Source: Bacillota bacterium (lineage in GTDB: Bacteria; Bacillota; Desulfitobacteriia; Desulfitobacteriales; JAJXUE01). Taken from it: 64,000 nt of DNA. Below are positions 50,128-58,638 of the stretch, one piece after another (the stretch's first letter is position 1; the number at the start of each line of letters is the position of its first letter). The stretch is taken from the NCBI GenBank assembly GCA_021783135.1, contig JAJXUE010000007.1, positions 15,136 to 79,135 of the forward strand, read 5' to 3'. Below the pieces are notes generated by a model that saw only the letters and a list, made by a program, of their open reading frames with translations, was not told the DNA's origin and searched no databases. The translations under genes and the position numbers were made by a program.

Positions 50128-50400
50128 TTATTGACCTAGTCCGGCTCTTTTTAGTGTTTCATAGTCAATTCCCCTGTTGCTGCAGCAATCCACTAACTTT
50201 CCGTTGATAGCAACGGCAGGAACCGATTTAACGCCGTACTGCTCGGCCTTTTCAACGCATTCATTAGTATCACACTTTTTGTTTAAGTCGTATACCTTCA
50301 CTTCGCAGTTGGGACAAGCTAGAGTCTTTATTTCTTTTACAGCATTCTCACAGATGTAGCAACCAGCCGTAAAAATTTCAATCAGCCTCTTGTTAGCCAT
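50128..50400 (-). CDS. Thioredoxin-fold small redox protein (MTH895/Thioredoxin_3-like), Cys-rich
   Basis: 90 aa with CYIC and CPNC motifs plus four more Cys residues and the SVPAVAINGK pattern. ATG 50400 lies 6 nt after AAGGAGGTG and overlaps the merR stop. Confidence 0.65.
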   Translation of the reverse strand: MANKRLIEIFTAGCYICENAVKEIKTLACPNCEVKVYDLNKKCDTNECVEKAEQYGVKSVPAVAINGKLVDCCSNRGIDYETLKRAGLGQ

Positions 50401-50809
50401 TTTCCTCACCTCCTTCCGACAACCTTTCTACAATAGGACAACTATGAACAGGCCCTTGGTCGGGACATCTGCTCGATAAATCTTGTAGAACGCTTTTGAT
50501 GCTTTGTAGGTCACGTATTTTGGACTCTATCTCCTTTATCTTTTGTGAGGCAAATAGCCGAACTTCCCGACAACCAGAACTTTCGCTCTCAGTTATACTA
50601 AGAAGTTTTTTAATTACCGAAAGAGTAAACCCTAAATCTTGAGAGCGTTTTATGAACCTAATTCGCTGAATCACTTCAGGTGGAAAGATTCGGTAACCAG
50701 ATTTTGTTCGTGGGGGTTCCGATATCAAGCCTAATCTTTCATAATACCTAATCGTCTCGATATTTACGCCAGCGTTTTTAGCTAATTCGCTAATAGTCAG
50801 TCCATTCAT
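50393..50809 (-). CDS. merR: MerR-family metal-responsive regulator with Hg(II)-type cysteine triad
   Basis: HTH LTISELAKNAGVNIETIRYYERLGLI. Cys80, Cys115 and Cys124 have spacings of 35 and 9, identical to the recalled MerR triads (Tn501 C82/C117/C126; Bacillus C79/C114/C123). Confidence 0.8.
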   Translation of the reverse strand: MNGLTISELAKNAGVNIETIRYYERLGLISEPPRTKSGYRIFPPEVIQRIRFIKRSQDLGFTLSVIKKLLSITESESSGCREVRLFASQKIKEIESKIRDLQSIKSVLQDLSSRCPDQGPVHSCPIVERLSEGGEENG

Positions 50810-50828
50810 TTGCTCACCTCACATGTCT

Positions 50829-50860
50829 AGTATAAAGTCTGTAGTTAGGTACGGTGTCAA
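50829..50860 (-). promoter_or_regulatory. MerR-type promoter with over-long spacer (TTGACA, 20 nt, TATACT)
   Basis: The minus strand reads TTGACA CCGTACCTAACTACAGACTT TATACT, 19 nt upstream of the merR ATG. A 19-20 bp spacer is the hallmark of MerR-activated promoters. Confidence 0.6.
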
Positions 50861-50928
50861 GGGTTTATTAGCACCATTTTAACATATCCTTATATGGAGT
50901 AAGATAAGCAAGCTGATCATGGGTATCA

Positions 50929-51239
50929 GAGTTCAAGGCTGCCCTTAAACATGAAGAATGCACAGACCTTGACTGGGCAGCAGACATTTCGCAAAACCTT
51001 GGCTGTTATGACTTTTATTTCTCACTGACATCACCGGAGGAATATGGCGTGCGCACATTACAGGCAGCGGATATATGAATTCCCTTGAACCGGTATTATG
51101 CTGTTTTGACTTTGAGCAGTACGGAAGGGATCAGATAGCAGCCGGGGGTACAGTGACAACAGAATATGGTATGATTGCCCGCAATGAAAAGGAATTTTAC
51201 TTCGACTACTATACCCCGCCGTCTACACGCAGCAATTGA
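50929..51239 (+). pseudogene. 5'-truncated, frameshifted remnant of an ArdA-like gene
   Basis: EFKAALKHEECTDLDWAADISQNLGCYDFYFSLTSPEEYG...* (stop 51076-78), then in another frame ...CCFDFEQYGRDQIAAGGTVTTEYGMIARNEKEFYFDY. This is colinear with the C-terminus of the ORF at 62840 (KYKAALQYEYCTDLDLAIDIAQNLDCYSFYSSLCSPEDYG...FLDFRQYGEAKMKEHGVKFTDYGLICRNEKEFVFEF). Confidence 0.75.
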
Positions 51240-51304
51240 TATAGTGCCTTTTGGTTTTCAAAAACTGAAAGGCATTTTTTATTTAAATAAATAGGAGGGA
51301 AAAA

Positions 51305-52171
51305 ATGCTTAAATTAATTATCAGCAACACCCAAAAAGATGAACATGGGCAGCAGCTTGCGGTGCACGTTGAGCTTCCCGCGGCAGAGGAAACGCTTCAA
51401 AAAGCTGTCGGAGAAATCGGATTGAGCGATTTCGACAACGGCGGCTATGAGATCATTGGTCACTCCTTCGGAAAATATGAGGACCTGCAGAACAACATCC
51501 CAGGAGGCGCCAACATCAATGAACTCAATCTCCTTGCCCATAAGTTCAAAGGATTTACTGAAGAACAGGCTGAGGATTTCATGTCCCTGCTCACAGACTG
51601 CGGGGATATTACGGTCAAAGACCTCATCAACAAGGCGTACTACCTTGAAGACGACTCCTATGAAATATGGCATGGCGTCACGGATTTAGATGAGCTTGGA
51701 CACCGTTTTGTAGAGGAAAAAGCACCGGATCTGCCGGAGGAAATCTTTGAAAACATTGACTATGAGGATGTAGGCTACCATGTGCAGTCCAATGACCATG
51801 GCGAGTTTACTAATGCCGGATATATTCGCAACTCCAATGCGGTAGTGGACGAGGTATACGATGGCACTAACCTCATTGAACTGATTGCCAAAGAACGGGA
51901 GAAGCAAAAATCGTTGAAAAGTAAAGACGGATCTTTAAGTAAAGAGGATGTAATGATTAAAGCAACTATCGATGGTCTGACTGCTACTGCTGTAGAAAAA
52001 GCTTGTGTTCTTGGAGTGGAAGCAACAGAGGATATCGGTGAACTTCGTAAAACGGTAGCTGAACTGATCCGTTTTTGGAGCCTTGATGAGCGATGGCTTG
52101 AACAGTTTGATATGGAGGTTCAAACCGTCATGGAGGGTACGGTGAAGCAGAGCGGCATGCAGATAAACTAA
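51305..52171 (+). CDS. ArdA-like anti-restriction protein, single module plus ~90-aa C-terminal extension
   Basis: MLKLII start like its paralogs. Module end is FENIDYEDVGYHVQSNDHGEFTNAGYI. Strong SD (AGGAGGG). It ends 13 nt before the first pilus gene, with no terminator between them. Confidence 0.6.
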   Translation: MLKLIISNTQKDEHGQQLAVHVELPAAEETLQKAVGEIGLSDFDNGGYEIIGHSFGKYEDLQNNIPGGANINELNLLAHKFKGFTEEQAEDFMSLLTDCGDITVKDLINKAYYLEDDSYEIWHGVTDLDELGHRFVEEKAPDLPEEIFENIDYEDVGYHVQSNDHGEFTNAGYIRNSNAVVDEVYDGTNLIELIAKEREKQKSLKSKDGSLSKEDVMIKATIDGLTATAVEKACVLGVEATEDIGELRKTVAELIRFWSLDERWLEQFDMEVQTVMEGTVKQSGMQIN

Positions 52172-52184
52172 ATTCCTTGAAGGA

Positions 52185-52916
52185 GTGATGAATAAGTTGA
52201 AGATACTCAAGAACCGGATATTTTTAAGCGTCCTCTGCATTGTCCTGGCAGGAGCCATTTCTTTTTTGCTCCTGCCGAAGTTTTATGCAGACAAGGGTGC
52301 GACAGTGATGGTGCTTCGGGCTGCGGAGGACATCCCGGCAGGCACAAAGATACAGAGTAAATATCTTGCTATGGTGGAGGTGGGAAAATTCGGTTTGCCC
52401 GATGCCGTCATCAAAGATAAGGTCTTGGCTGAAGGGAAGATCGCGCAGACTGACATTGCGAAGGGGGACTACGTGTTTACCCAAAAGATCGGTGACTTTG
52501 TCGCCGATGAAAAGCTGGACCGTATTGCCAGGGATAATAAACGGCTGGTTACCATCAGTGTGCCAAGCATTGCCGCAGGGCTCTCCTCCCATTTAGAAAG
52601 CGGCGACATTGTGACAGTGGCTGTCTTTTCAAATCAAAAAAAAGAGGGGGACGCAAGTCAAAGCACTCCCGCCCAGGTTATCCTCTACCCTGAACTGAAA
52701 GGACTGGAGGTTTACAGTGTGGAGAATGCCCGCACACAGAGCACCGCCCAGGTCCGAAAGCAGCAAGCGGAAAATCAGCAGTCTTCCAGCGATCCCATCC
52801 CCAAGGCGGTTACCCTGATAGCTACCGAAGCGCAGGCAGCGAAACTCATCGAAGCCGAATACACGGGCAAGCTGCATCTGATCTTTGAAAAAAGGGGGGT
52901 AAGCCATGAGCAGTAA
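52185..52916 (+). CDS. cpaB: Flp pilus assembly protein CpaB-like (SAF domain plus RcpC/CpaB region)
   Basis: N-terminal TM, SAF-like VLRAAEDIPAGTKIQSKYLAMVEV, and ...LVTISV...GD.V.V pattern. The exact start is uncertain. Confidence 0.65.
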   Translation: MMNKLKILKNRIFLSVLCIVLAGAISFLLLPKFYADKGATVMVLRAAEDIPAGTKIQSKYLAMVEVGKFGLPDAVIKDKVLAEGKIAQTDIAKGDYVFTQKIGDFVADEKLDRIARDNKRLVTISVPSIAAGLSSHLESGDIVTVAVFSNQKKEGDASQSTPAQVILYPELKGLEVYSVENARTQSTAQVRKQQAENQQSSSDPIPKAVTLIATEAQAAKLIEAEYTGKLHLIFEKRGVSHEQ

Positions 52917-53643
52917 AATCATCACTGTTTGGGGCAAGGGCAACAGCGGAAAAACCACTTTTGCGGTCAACTTAGCCTGCGCTTTGGCAAACCGTGACCA
53001 CCTTGTGGGGCTCATTTCCTCCAACCTGATCTACGGCGACCTGCAGGTGTATTTTGGGCAGAGCATACCACCGGAAAAGGGACTGTTCCGTGCGCTCCAT
53101 GAAGACAATCCCAATGTGGGTGAGAAGTTTATGGAGGCCGGGGAAAGTAAAAATCTCTTTTTTCTGTCCGTACCCAATCATTACACAGGGCTTTTATGTG
53201 ACAGCGTATCCCTCCAAAGCGTGGAAAGGCTCATCACCGCATCCACTCTCCTGTTCGACATCTTACTGATTGACGGCTCGGGGGATCTAACCAATCCCAT
53301 ATCCGGAACAGGGCTCTGGCTGGCGGAAAAGGTGTACACCCTGTACAGGCCGTCTGCCTCTGCCCCTATGTGGCATAAAGGAGTAGAGGATTTTGTCCAG
53401 GAACTTCATATCGCCGACAAGCAAATCAATGTAATGCAAACACCGAATGGTGAGTTCGATGACAAAACCTTTAAGAGTCTTATAGAGCTTTCCTTTAAAT
53501 ATGAACTTCCCTTTGTAAAGCAAGCAGGTGAGCTTGAAAACGCCGGTACTCCGGTGTTTTTTTATGAGGATCGAGGGTGCAGACAGTACAGAAGAGTCCT
53601 GGAAAAAATCTCAGATGAACTATGCGGAGGAAAGGACCAATGA
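52906..53643 (+). CDS. ParA/MinD-type ATPase, TadZ/CpaE-like pilus localisation protein
   Basis: Deviant Walker A VWGKGNSGKTTFAVNLA. 245 aa. Overlaps both neighbours (11-nt and ATGA overlaps). Confidence 0.65.
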   Translation: MSSKIITVWGKGNSGKTTFAVNLACALANRDHLVGLISSNLIYGDLQVYFGQSIPPEKGLFRALHEDNPNVGEKFMEAGESKNLFFLSVPNHYTGLLCDSVSLQSVERLITASTLLFDILLIDGSGDLTNPISGTGLWLAEKVYTLYRPSASAPMWHKGVEDFVQELHIADKQINVMQTPNGEFDDKTFKSLIELSFKYELPFVKQAGELENAGTPVFFYEDRGCRQYRRVLEKISDELCGGKDQ

Positions 53644-55034
53644 ACAAGGGATTTTCAGTCAATGAACTGATCTACAAGGCCAACAAGCAGGGCTCCGACA
53701 GCGGGGAGAACAGCCTGGAAGCCCAGGACTACGGCGACATTCTGGATAAATTGCAGCGGATTATCTCTAAAAACCACTCCACCGAATTGGCACAGGTGCT
53801 GTATTCGGAAGAAGCGGAGGGAAAGCTGAAGAACCTCATCATGCAGTATTTGAATAGTGAACGGATGGTGGCAAAGGGGATTCAAAATATTTCTGAGCTG
53901 GTCGATAGGGTATACAACGATATGGCAGGCATGGGGATTTTATCGGAATACCTGAAGGACAGCGAGGTTGAAGAGATCAACGTCAATGGGTACAACGGAG
54001 TATGGGTTTTATACAAGGATAAAAAGGTGCGGCTCCCGGTAACCTTCAGCAGCCCGGAGGCTTGCTCCAACATCGCCAAGAAAATGAGCCGCTTTGGCAA
54101 TGTCATCCTGGATGGCTCAAAGCCTATAGGCGACAGCTTTATTTCACGGGGCATCCGCATGTCCGGTGCCATTGTACCCTGCGTTGATTTCGATGCCGGT
54201 GCCATTGCTTCCATCAGAAAGCAAAAGCCGTCCTATATCACAAGAGAAAACCTGATTTATTGGGGGACAGCTACAGAAGATGAGCTGGATTTTCTCACCC
54301 TCTGCGTTAATAACGGCATATCGGTAGCCATCGCTGGGGCAACCGGCAGCGGAAAGACCTCCGATATGGGATATATTCTAAGCTGTATTTCAAGTGATAA
54401 AAGAATCGTAACCATAGAGGACACCCGCGAACTGACTCTGGTCCAAGTGGATGAAAACGGCGTAATGGTCAACGATGTCATTCACCTTTTGACAAAGGAA
54501 GAACCCAATCCCATTACCATGCTGGACCTGTTGAAGCTGTCTTTGAGGCTCCACCCGGCAATCCTTGTCCCGGCTGAGATGAGGGGGAAGGAAGCCCTGA
54601 CGGTGCAGGAAGCAGGACGTACAGGGCACACCATCGTCAGCACTCTGCATGCCAACAGTGCCAGGACAGCCTATGAAAGAATCCTGACCATGTGCCTGGA
54701 AGCCGGAACCTCCTTGTCGGAAGAAAGGTTGCTTAAAAATATCGTAGAAGCTTTTCCCATTATGGTCTTTAAAATGCAGTTGCCCGACCAGTCCCGAAAG
54801 TACATGGAAATCTTCGAGGCCACCGGGGTAAAAGATGGAGAGTTGGCAGGCAATACCCTTTTCCGATACGACATTGATCATTATGAAAAAGACGAAGCTG
54901 GAAGAATCAAAACGGTTGTAGGAAGTCACAAGCACATAGGGCATATATCCCAGACCCTTGCCGAGAGGCTCTTGATCAATGGGGTTGAACGAAAGGAAAT
55001 TTGCCGTTTCGCAGGAAACAAGTTTAAAAATTGA
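53640..55034 (+). CDS. cpaF: CpaF/TadA-family secretion ATPase (T2SS-E/VirB11 superfamily)
   Basis: Walker A GATGSGKTS, Asp box VTIEDTRELT, His box GHTIVSTLHANSA. ATG 53640 overlaps the upstream TGA. Confidence 0.85.
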   Translation: MNKGFSVNELIYKANKQGSDSGENSLEAQDYGDILDKLQRIISKNHSTELAQVLYSEEAEGKLKNLIMQYLNSERMVAKGIQNISELVDRVYNDMAGMGILSEYLKDSEVEEINVNGYNGVWVLYKDKKVRLPVTFSSPEACSNIAKKMSRFGNVILDGSKPIGDSFISRGIRMSGAIVPCVDFDAGAIASIRKQKPSYITRENLIYWGTATEDELDFLTLCVNNGISVAIAGATGSGKTSDMGYILSCISSDKRIVTIEDTRELTLVQVDENGVMVNDVIHLLTKEEPNPITMLDLLKLSLRLHPAILVPAEMRGKEALTVQEAGRTGHTIVSTLHANSARTAYERILTMCLEAGTSLSEERLLKNIVEAFPIMVFKMQLPDQSRKYMEIFEATGVKDGELAGNTLFRYDIDHYEKDEAGRIKTVVGSHKHIGHISQTLAERLLINGVERKEICRFAGNKFKN

Positions 55035-55047
55035 AGGGAGGTTGACT

Positions 55048-55962
55048 ATGAATAGCATCCAGGGTTCCCTTGCCTTTGTCTTTGTCCTGATCAGCCTTGC
55101 CCTTTTCCTCCTGCTGAAGCTTAACCCTTTTGCAGTGGAGAAAAACACTTTGAAACAGCGGCGGTTGTATCTGTCTAGGACAAAGCTGAAAATCAGCGAG
55201 AGAGTGATCCTCCGGTTCACAACCCTGTTCCGGCAAACCAGATACACGCTTAAGAAATTTATCCTGATGGTTGCCGCAGCATTTGTGTCGGGTTTTTTGG
55301 CGGGGGTTTTGCTTTTTAACAACGCTGGCTTAGCAGCGGTTACAGCAGTCTGCCTTATCCCTGCTCCTTACTTTTACCTGACTGTGAAAAGTTCCAGAGC
55401 AGCGAGGGAAGAAATTGAGGGGTTGGAAAATACCATGTCCATCATCACCAACGCCTATGCTGGATGTGACGATATTATCAAGGCGGTGGAAACCTATGTC
55501 GAAGAGAAGAACCGCTATACCCCTGTGGAGTTAATGAAGCCAACACCCTTCGATGAATTTATCTCAGAAATAAAGCTTATAAATCCCAACATAGAACATG
55601 GGCTGTACCGCCTGTCTGCTAAAATCAAAAACCGATACTTTGCCGAGTGGATAAAAATGTTGATTCTCTGCTATCACGACAGGCGGCTGAAATTTGCCCT
55701 GTTTCCCGTGATAAAGTCGATGAATGATGCCAAGGCCATGCAGATTGAAAGTGACAGCATGATGAGCAGGGTATGGCGGGATTATCTGATGACGGTGGGC
55801 ATGATGTTCAGTATTATTCCATTGATGCGTTTTTCAAATGCCGAATGGTTTGCCATTCTGACCGGAACCACCCTAGGAAAATTACTGATTGTCGTCATGC
55901 TCGTAACCGCTCTGGCAACTTCGTTCTTCGTGATGAAGATGACCAGGCCTGCCAACCGATAG
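55048..55962 (+). CDS. tadB: TadB-like type II secretion system F-family membrane protein
   Basis: N-terminal TM, cytoplasmic helical domain and C-terminal TM pair. It is in the canonical position after cpaF. ATG lies 7 nt after GGGAGG. Confidence 0.65.
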   Translation: MNSIQGSLAFVFVLISLALFLLLKLNPFAVEKNTLKQRRLYLSRTKLKISERVILRFTTLFRQTRYTLKKFILMVAAAFVSGFLAGVLLFNNAGLAAVTAVCLIPAPYFYLTVKSSRAAREEIEGLENTMSIITNAYAGCDDIIKAVETYVEEKNRYTPVELMKPTPFDEFISEIKLINPNIEHGLYRLSAKIKNRYFAEWIKMLILCYHDRRLKFALFPVIKSMNDAKAMQIESDSMMSRVWRDYLMTVGMMFSIIPLMRFSNAEWFAILTGTTLGKLLIVVMLVTALATSFFVMKMTRPANR

Positions 55963-56001
55963 AAAACTCAACCAAAATCAATTTTTCAGGGAGGTTTAAT
56001 T

Positions 56002-56907
56002 TTGTTCTATCAAATCATCGTCTTTGTCCTGCTGACTGCGGCAGGATTTTTAATTTGCAGGCAAATACTCAAAATACCCAAGCTGAGCATGAAAAAAAAC
56101 ATCAAAAACTTACAGGTAGAAAAAGAAAAAACGGGAGCAAGGTTGCTCAACCTTTTTGTGATGCCCCTTGTAAAGCCGGTATCCCGATTGATCAGAATTG
56201 AACCGGAGAAAGAAGCAAAAATGGCGTCAATGCTAAGACGTGGAGGACTTGCGCTAACACCAAAGGAATATCATGCACGTGCTCTCATCTGTGCTGCTTT
56301 CACCCTGCCGCTCTTGATTCTGCTTTTGGCAATCGGAGCAACAAACATTGCTCCTGCAATTCTTATCTTTTCGGTGGTAGTATATTTCCACTTCATGACC
56401 GACCTCAAAGACAAGCTGAAAGAGAAAAAGGAATTAATCGAAATAGAACTTCCAAGTTTTGTTCGCTCCATCCTCTATAAGCTTGAAGATGTGCGGGGCG
56501 GCAACGAAAATACGGTTGTCCAGGTGGACCTGATCCAGATATTTGAGGACTATCTAAAGGTAGCGAGTGAGGTTTTCTACTATGACATTGCGGTTCTGAT
56601 CATGGAGATGAAAGCCAAGGACATAGAAACAGCGCTTCGAAACTTCAGTGAGCGTGTCGGACTTCTTGAGGTATCCTTTTTGGTCAATGCCCTTATCGGC
56701 CTATACCGCGGAGAACATCAGGGCGAGGCTCTAATGTATCTTGCCAAGGATATGGACATCAAGGCGAAGGAAGCCCTGCGCAAAAATCTGGGCAAGCTGC
56801 CCGGCAAAATAAAAATGGCATCCATACCCCTTGTGGTAGTGACCCTGGCAAGCCTTTTATATGTTATAGGCTCCCATTTAGTCCGATCCATGGGGGGCCT
56901 TTTTTGA
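56002..56907 (+). CDS. tadC: TadC-like type II secretion system F-family membrane protein
   Basis: Same architecture as the preceding gene (a second T2SS-F paralog). TTG start 7 nt after GGGAGG. Confidence 0.65.
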   Translation: MFYQIIVFVLLTAAGFLICRQILKIPKLSMKKNIKNLQVEKEKTGARLLNLFVMPLVKPVSRLIRIEPEKEAKMASMLRRGGLALTPKEYHARALICAAFTLPLLILLLAIGATNIAPAILIFSVVVYFHFMTDLKDKLKEKKELIEIELPSFVRSILYKLEDVRGGNENTVVQVDLIQIFEDYLKVASEVFYYDIAVLIMEMKAKDIETALRNFSERVGLLEVSFLVNALIGLYRGEHQGEALMYLAKDMDIKAKEALRKNLGKLPGKIKMASIPLVVVTLASLLYVIGSHLVRSMGGLF

Positions 56908-56962
56908 TGTGAAAACGGGGCAACCCTTTTCAAATAAAACTATATTATTCAGGAGGTAAAGC

Positions 56963-57214
56963 ATGAAAAACGGAACAAACACAATCCAAATCACGGAGGA
57001 AAGGAGGTCAAACCCCATGAGAAACAAAATGGCAAACGCCTTTTCAAAGGCAAGAGGACTTATGGTTAACAAGTCCGGTGACCAGATGACAGGCTGGCTC
57101 ATTGTCGTACTGATCGTAGTGGTAGTGGGTGCAGTATTCATGACCCTGTATCAGGGTTCCATTACGCAAATCTGGAACAGTATTGTCACCAAGATTACAA
57201 GTCTTTTGGGCTAA
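56963..57214 (+). CDS. Flp-like type IVc pilin candidate 1
   Basis: Basic leader ending ...NKSG, then DQMTGW and a 20-aa hydrophobic helix. The mature part would be about 44 aa. ATG 57017 is an alternative start and aligns better with paralog 2. Confidence 0.55.
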   Translation: MKNGTNTIQITEERRSNPMRNKMANAFSKARGLMVNKSGDQMTGWLIVVLIVVVVGAVFMTLYQGSITQIWNSIVTKITSLLG

Positions 57215-57240
57215 ATAACGGCAAACTGTAAAATTACCCA

Positions 57241-57279
57241 CAAAGGTAAAAAGGAGAAACTTTCTCCCTTTTACCTTTG
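57241..57279 (+). other. Long hairpin after pilin gene 1 (attenuator or 3' stabiliser)
   Basis: 19-bp stem CAAAGGTAAAAAGGAGAAA / TTTCTCCCTTTTACCTTTG with one mismatch and a 1-nt loop. No canonical U-tract follows. Confidence 0.55.
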
Positions 57280-57377
57280 ATGAAATGTTTTGCAACTGAT
57301 ATTACGGGCCTCAACTCTGGTAAAACCTTAAAAAATCAAACTGAAATCAAAAAATAACTATACGGAGGCATTTTTCT

Positions 57378-57587
57378 ATGATGAGAACTTTGAGAAACAA
57401 AATGGCGATGGCAGGCTTAAAGGCTAGGAAAGTATTGACCAATCAATCCGGCGATCAGATGACAGGCTGGCTGATCGTTGTACTGATCGTAGTCGTCGTC
57501 GGTGCGGTATTTATGACGCTTTACCAGGGTTCTATTACGCAGATTTGGAACAGTATTGTAACCAAAATCACCGGCCTTTTGAGCTAA
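57378..57587 (+). CDS. Flp-like type IVc pilin candidate 2 (paralog of 56963-57214)
   Basis: SGDQMTGWLIVVLIVVVVGAVFMTLYQGSITQIWNSIVTKIT is identical to paralog 1 over 42 aa. The leader differs. It has its own SD (ACGGAGG). Confidence 0.55.
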   Translation: MMRTLRNKMAMAGLKARKVLTNQSGDQMTGWLIVVLIVVVVGAVFMTLYQGSITQIWNSIVTKITGLLS

Positions 57588-57637
57588 ACTATTCGGCGGC
57601 TGCGAAACAACACCGCCAGAACAGGGGGTGTAAAGGG

Positions 57638-58126
57638 ATGAACAGGCAGTGCCGGAGCTTATGGGGGAGATGTTCTCCCCCTTTTTCTTTGAAAAAGGTG
57701 TTGGTTAATCGAAAAGGTAGTGCCTATTATGAACTGATTATCAAAACCTTGGTGGTCATTACACTGATGGCGACGGTGATGTCCTTCTTAAGCATCTTCA
57801 CCACCTATCTGAGTCTTAACCAGGTCTGCCGCCGGGTGGTCCGGGTCATTGAGCTGGAGGGACAGGTATCGGACAATGCATATGATGTTTTTTATCGGCT
57901 CAAGGAACAAACCGGGCTGTCTCCTGAAATGAGCATCGGGGATGTCAATTATTGTGATGAACAAAACCAAAAAATTCAGCTAAGAGATACTTTTACAGTA
58001 AAGATGAAATACAACTATGCCTTTACGGTGTTTCGGCCTTCCTCCTCTCCACCGGTGCAAATCATCATACCCATGGAGGTGCGCATCACGGGCATGTCGG
58101 AAAAATATTGGAAGCTTTTAGAGTGA
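57638..58126 (+). CDS. TadE-like minor pilin / pseudopilin candidate (DUF4320-like)
   Basis: ...NRKG/SAYYELIIKTLVVITLMATVM has Gly, then Glu at +5, then a hydrophobic helix, which is a class III signal-peptide-like site. The start is uncertain (ORF open from 57545). Confidence 0.5.
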   Translation: MNRQCRSLWGRCSPPFSLKKVLVNRKGSAYYELIIKTLVVITLMATVMSFLSIFTTYLSLNQVCRRVVRVIELEGQVSDNAYDVFYRLKEQTGLSPEMSIGDVNYCDEQNQKIQLRDTFTVKMKYNYAFTVFRPSSSPPVQIIIPMEVRITGMSEKYWKLLE

Positions 58127-58152
58127 AAGCGCCGGAAGGGAGGGATAATTTT

Positions 58153-58638
58153 GTGGGCAAAACCGGACCCATTTTAAAAAGCAAAAAAGGCGATGGGCTG
58201 GTGTTTATCTTGATCCTCATCTTTTTTATTATGACCCTTGCAGCCATCGTCATTGAATATTTCCGCATGGACAGCCTGTACCAGCAGGTGGAATATGTGC
58301 TCCAGCGGGGAGTGAATTCCTCCGTGGAGTACGCCATGCTGGACGAATACCGCAAAGACGGCTATGCCCGGATGGACAGCGCCCTTGCGGAAGAACAGCT
58401 CTACGGCTATCTTCATGAAAGCATGCAGCTGGACCGAGATCTGAACAAGTATTCCGGGGAGCAATGGGTGTACACCCTTGAAATCCAGAGCCTCACCGCA
58501 ACCGATGATCCGCCCCGGCTCATCTTGAAAGGGCAGTTGAGAACCCGGAGCGTTTTTAGTTTCCTGACTGGCGAGGTGCGGCTGCCCTTTACTCTCTCCA
58601 GCAGCAACAACAGAATTGATGAAGGAGGTTCCCCATGA
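58153..58638 (+). CDS. TadE/TadG-like minor pilin candidate
   Basis: ...KSKKGDGLVFILILIFFIMTLAAIVIEYF N-terminal hydrophobic helix. GTG 58153 lies 8 nt after GGGAGGG. Its 3' end overlaps the next gene (ATGA). Confidence 0.45.
   Translation: MGKTGPILKSKKGDGLVFILILIFFIMTLAAIVIEYFRMDSLYQQVEYVLQRGVNSSVEYAMLDEYRKDGYARMDSALAEEQLYGYLHESMQLDRDLNKYSGEQWVYTLEIQSLTATDDPPRLILKGQLRTRSVFSFLTGEVRLPFTLSSSNNRIDEGGSP

Noticed and set aside
50835-50854. Expected a clear MerR dyad operator within the 20-bp promoter spacer
   Set aside because: Only weak symmetry is present: CCGTAC...CTACAG, with 8/20 self-complementary positions. The left half resembles the Tn501 half-site as I recall it. I report the promoter geometry but do not call a defined operator.
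54390-55322. 310-aa ORF on the minus strand inside the pilus operon
   Set aside because: It is antisense to cpaF and tadB, which have clear ATPase and T2SS-F motifs. It has no SD and its composition is not protein-like.
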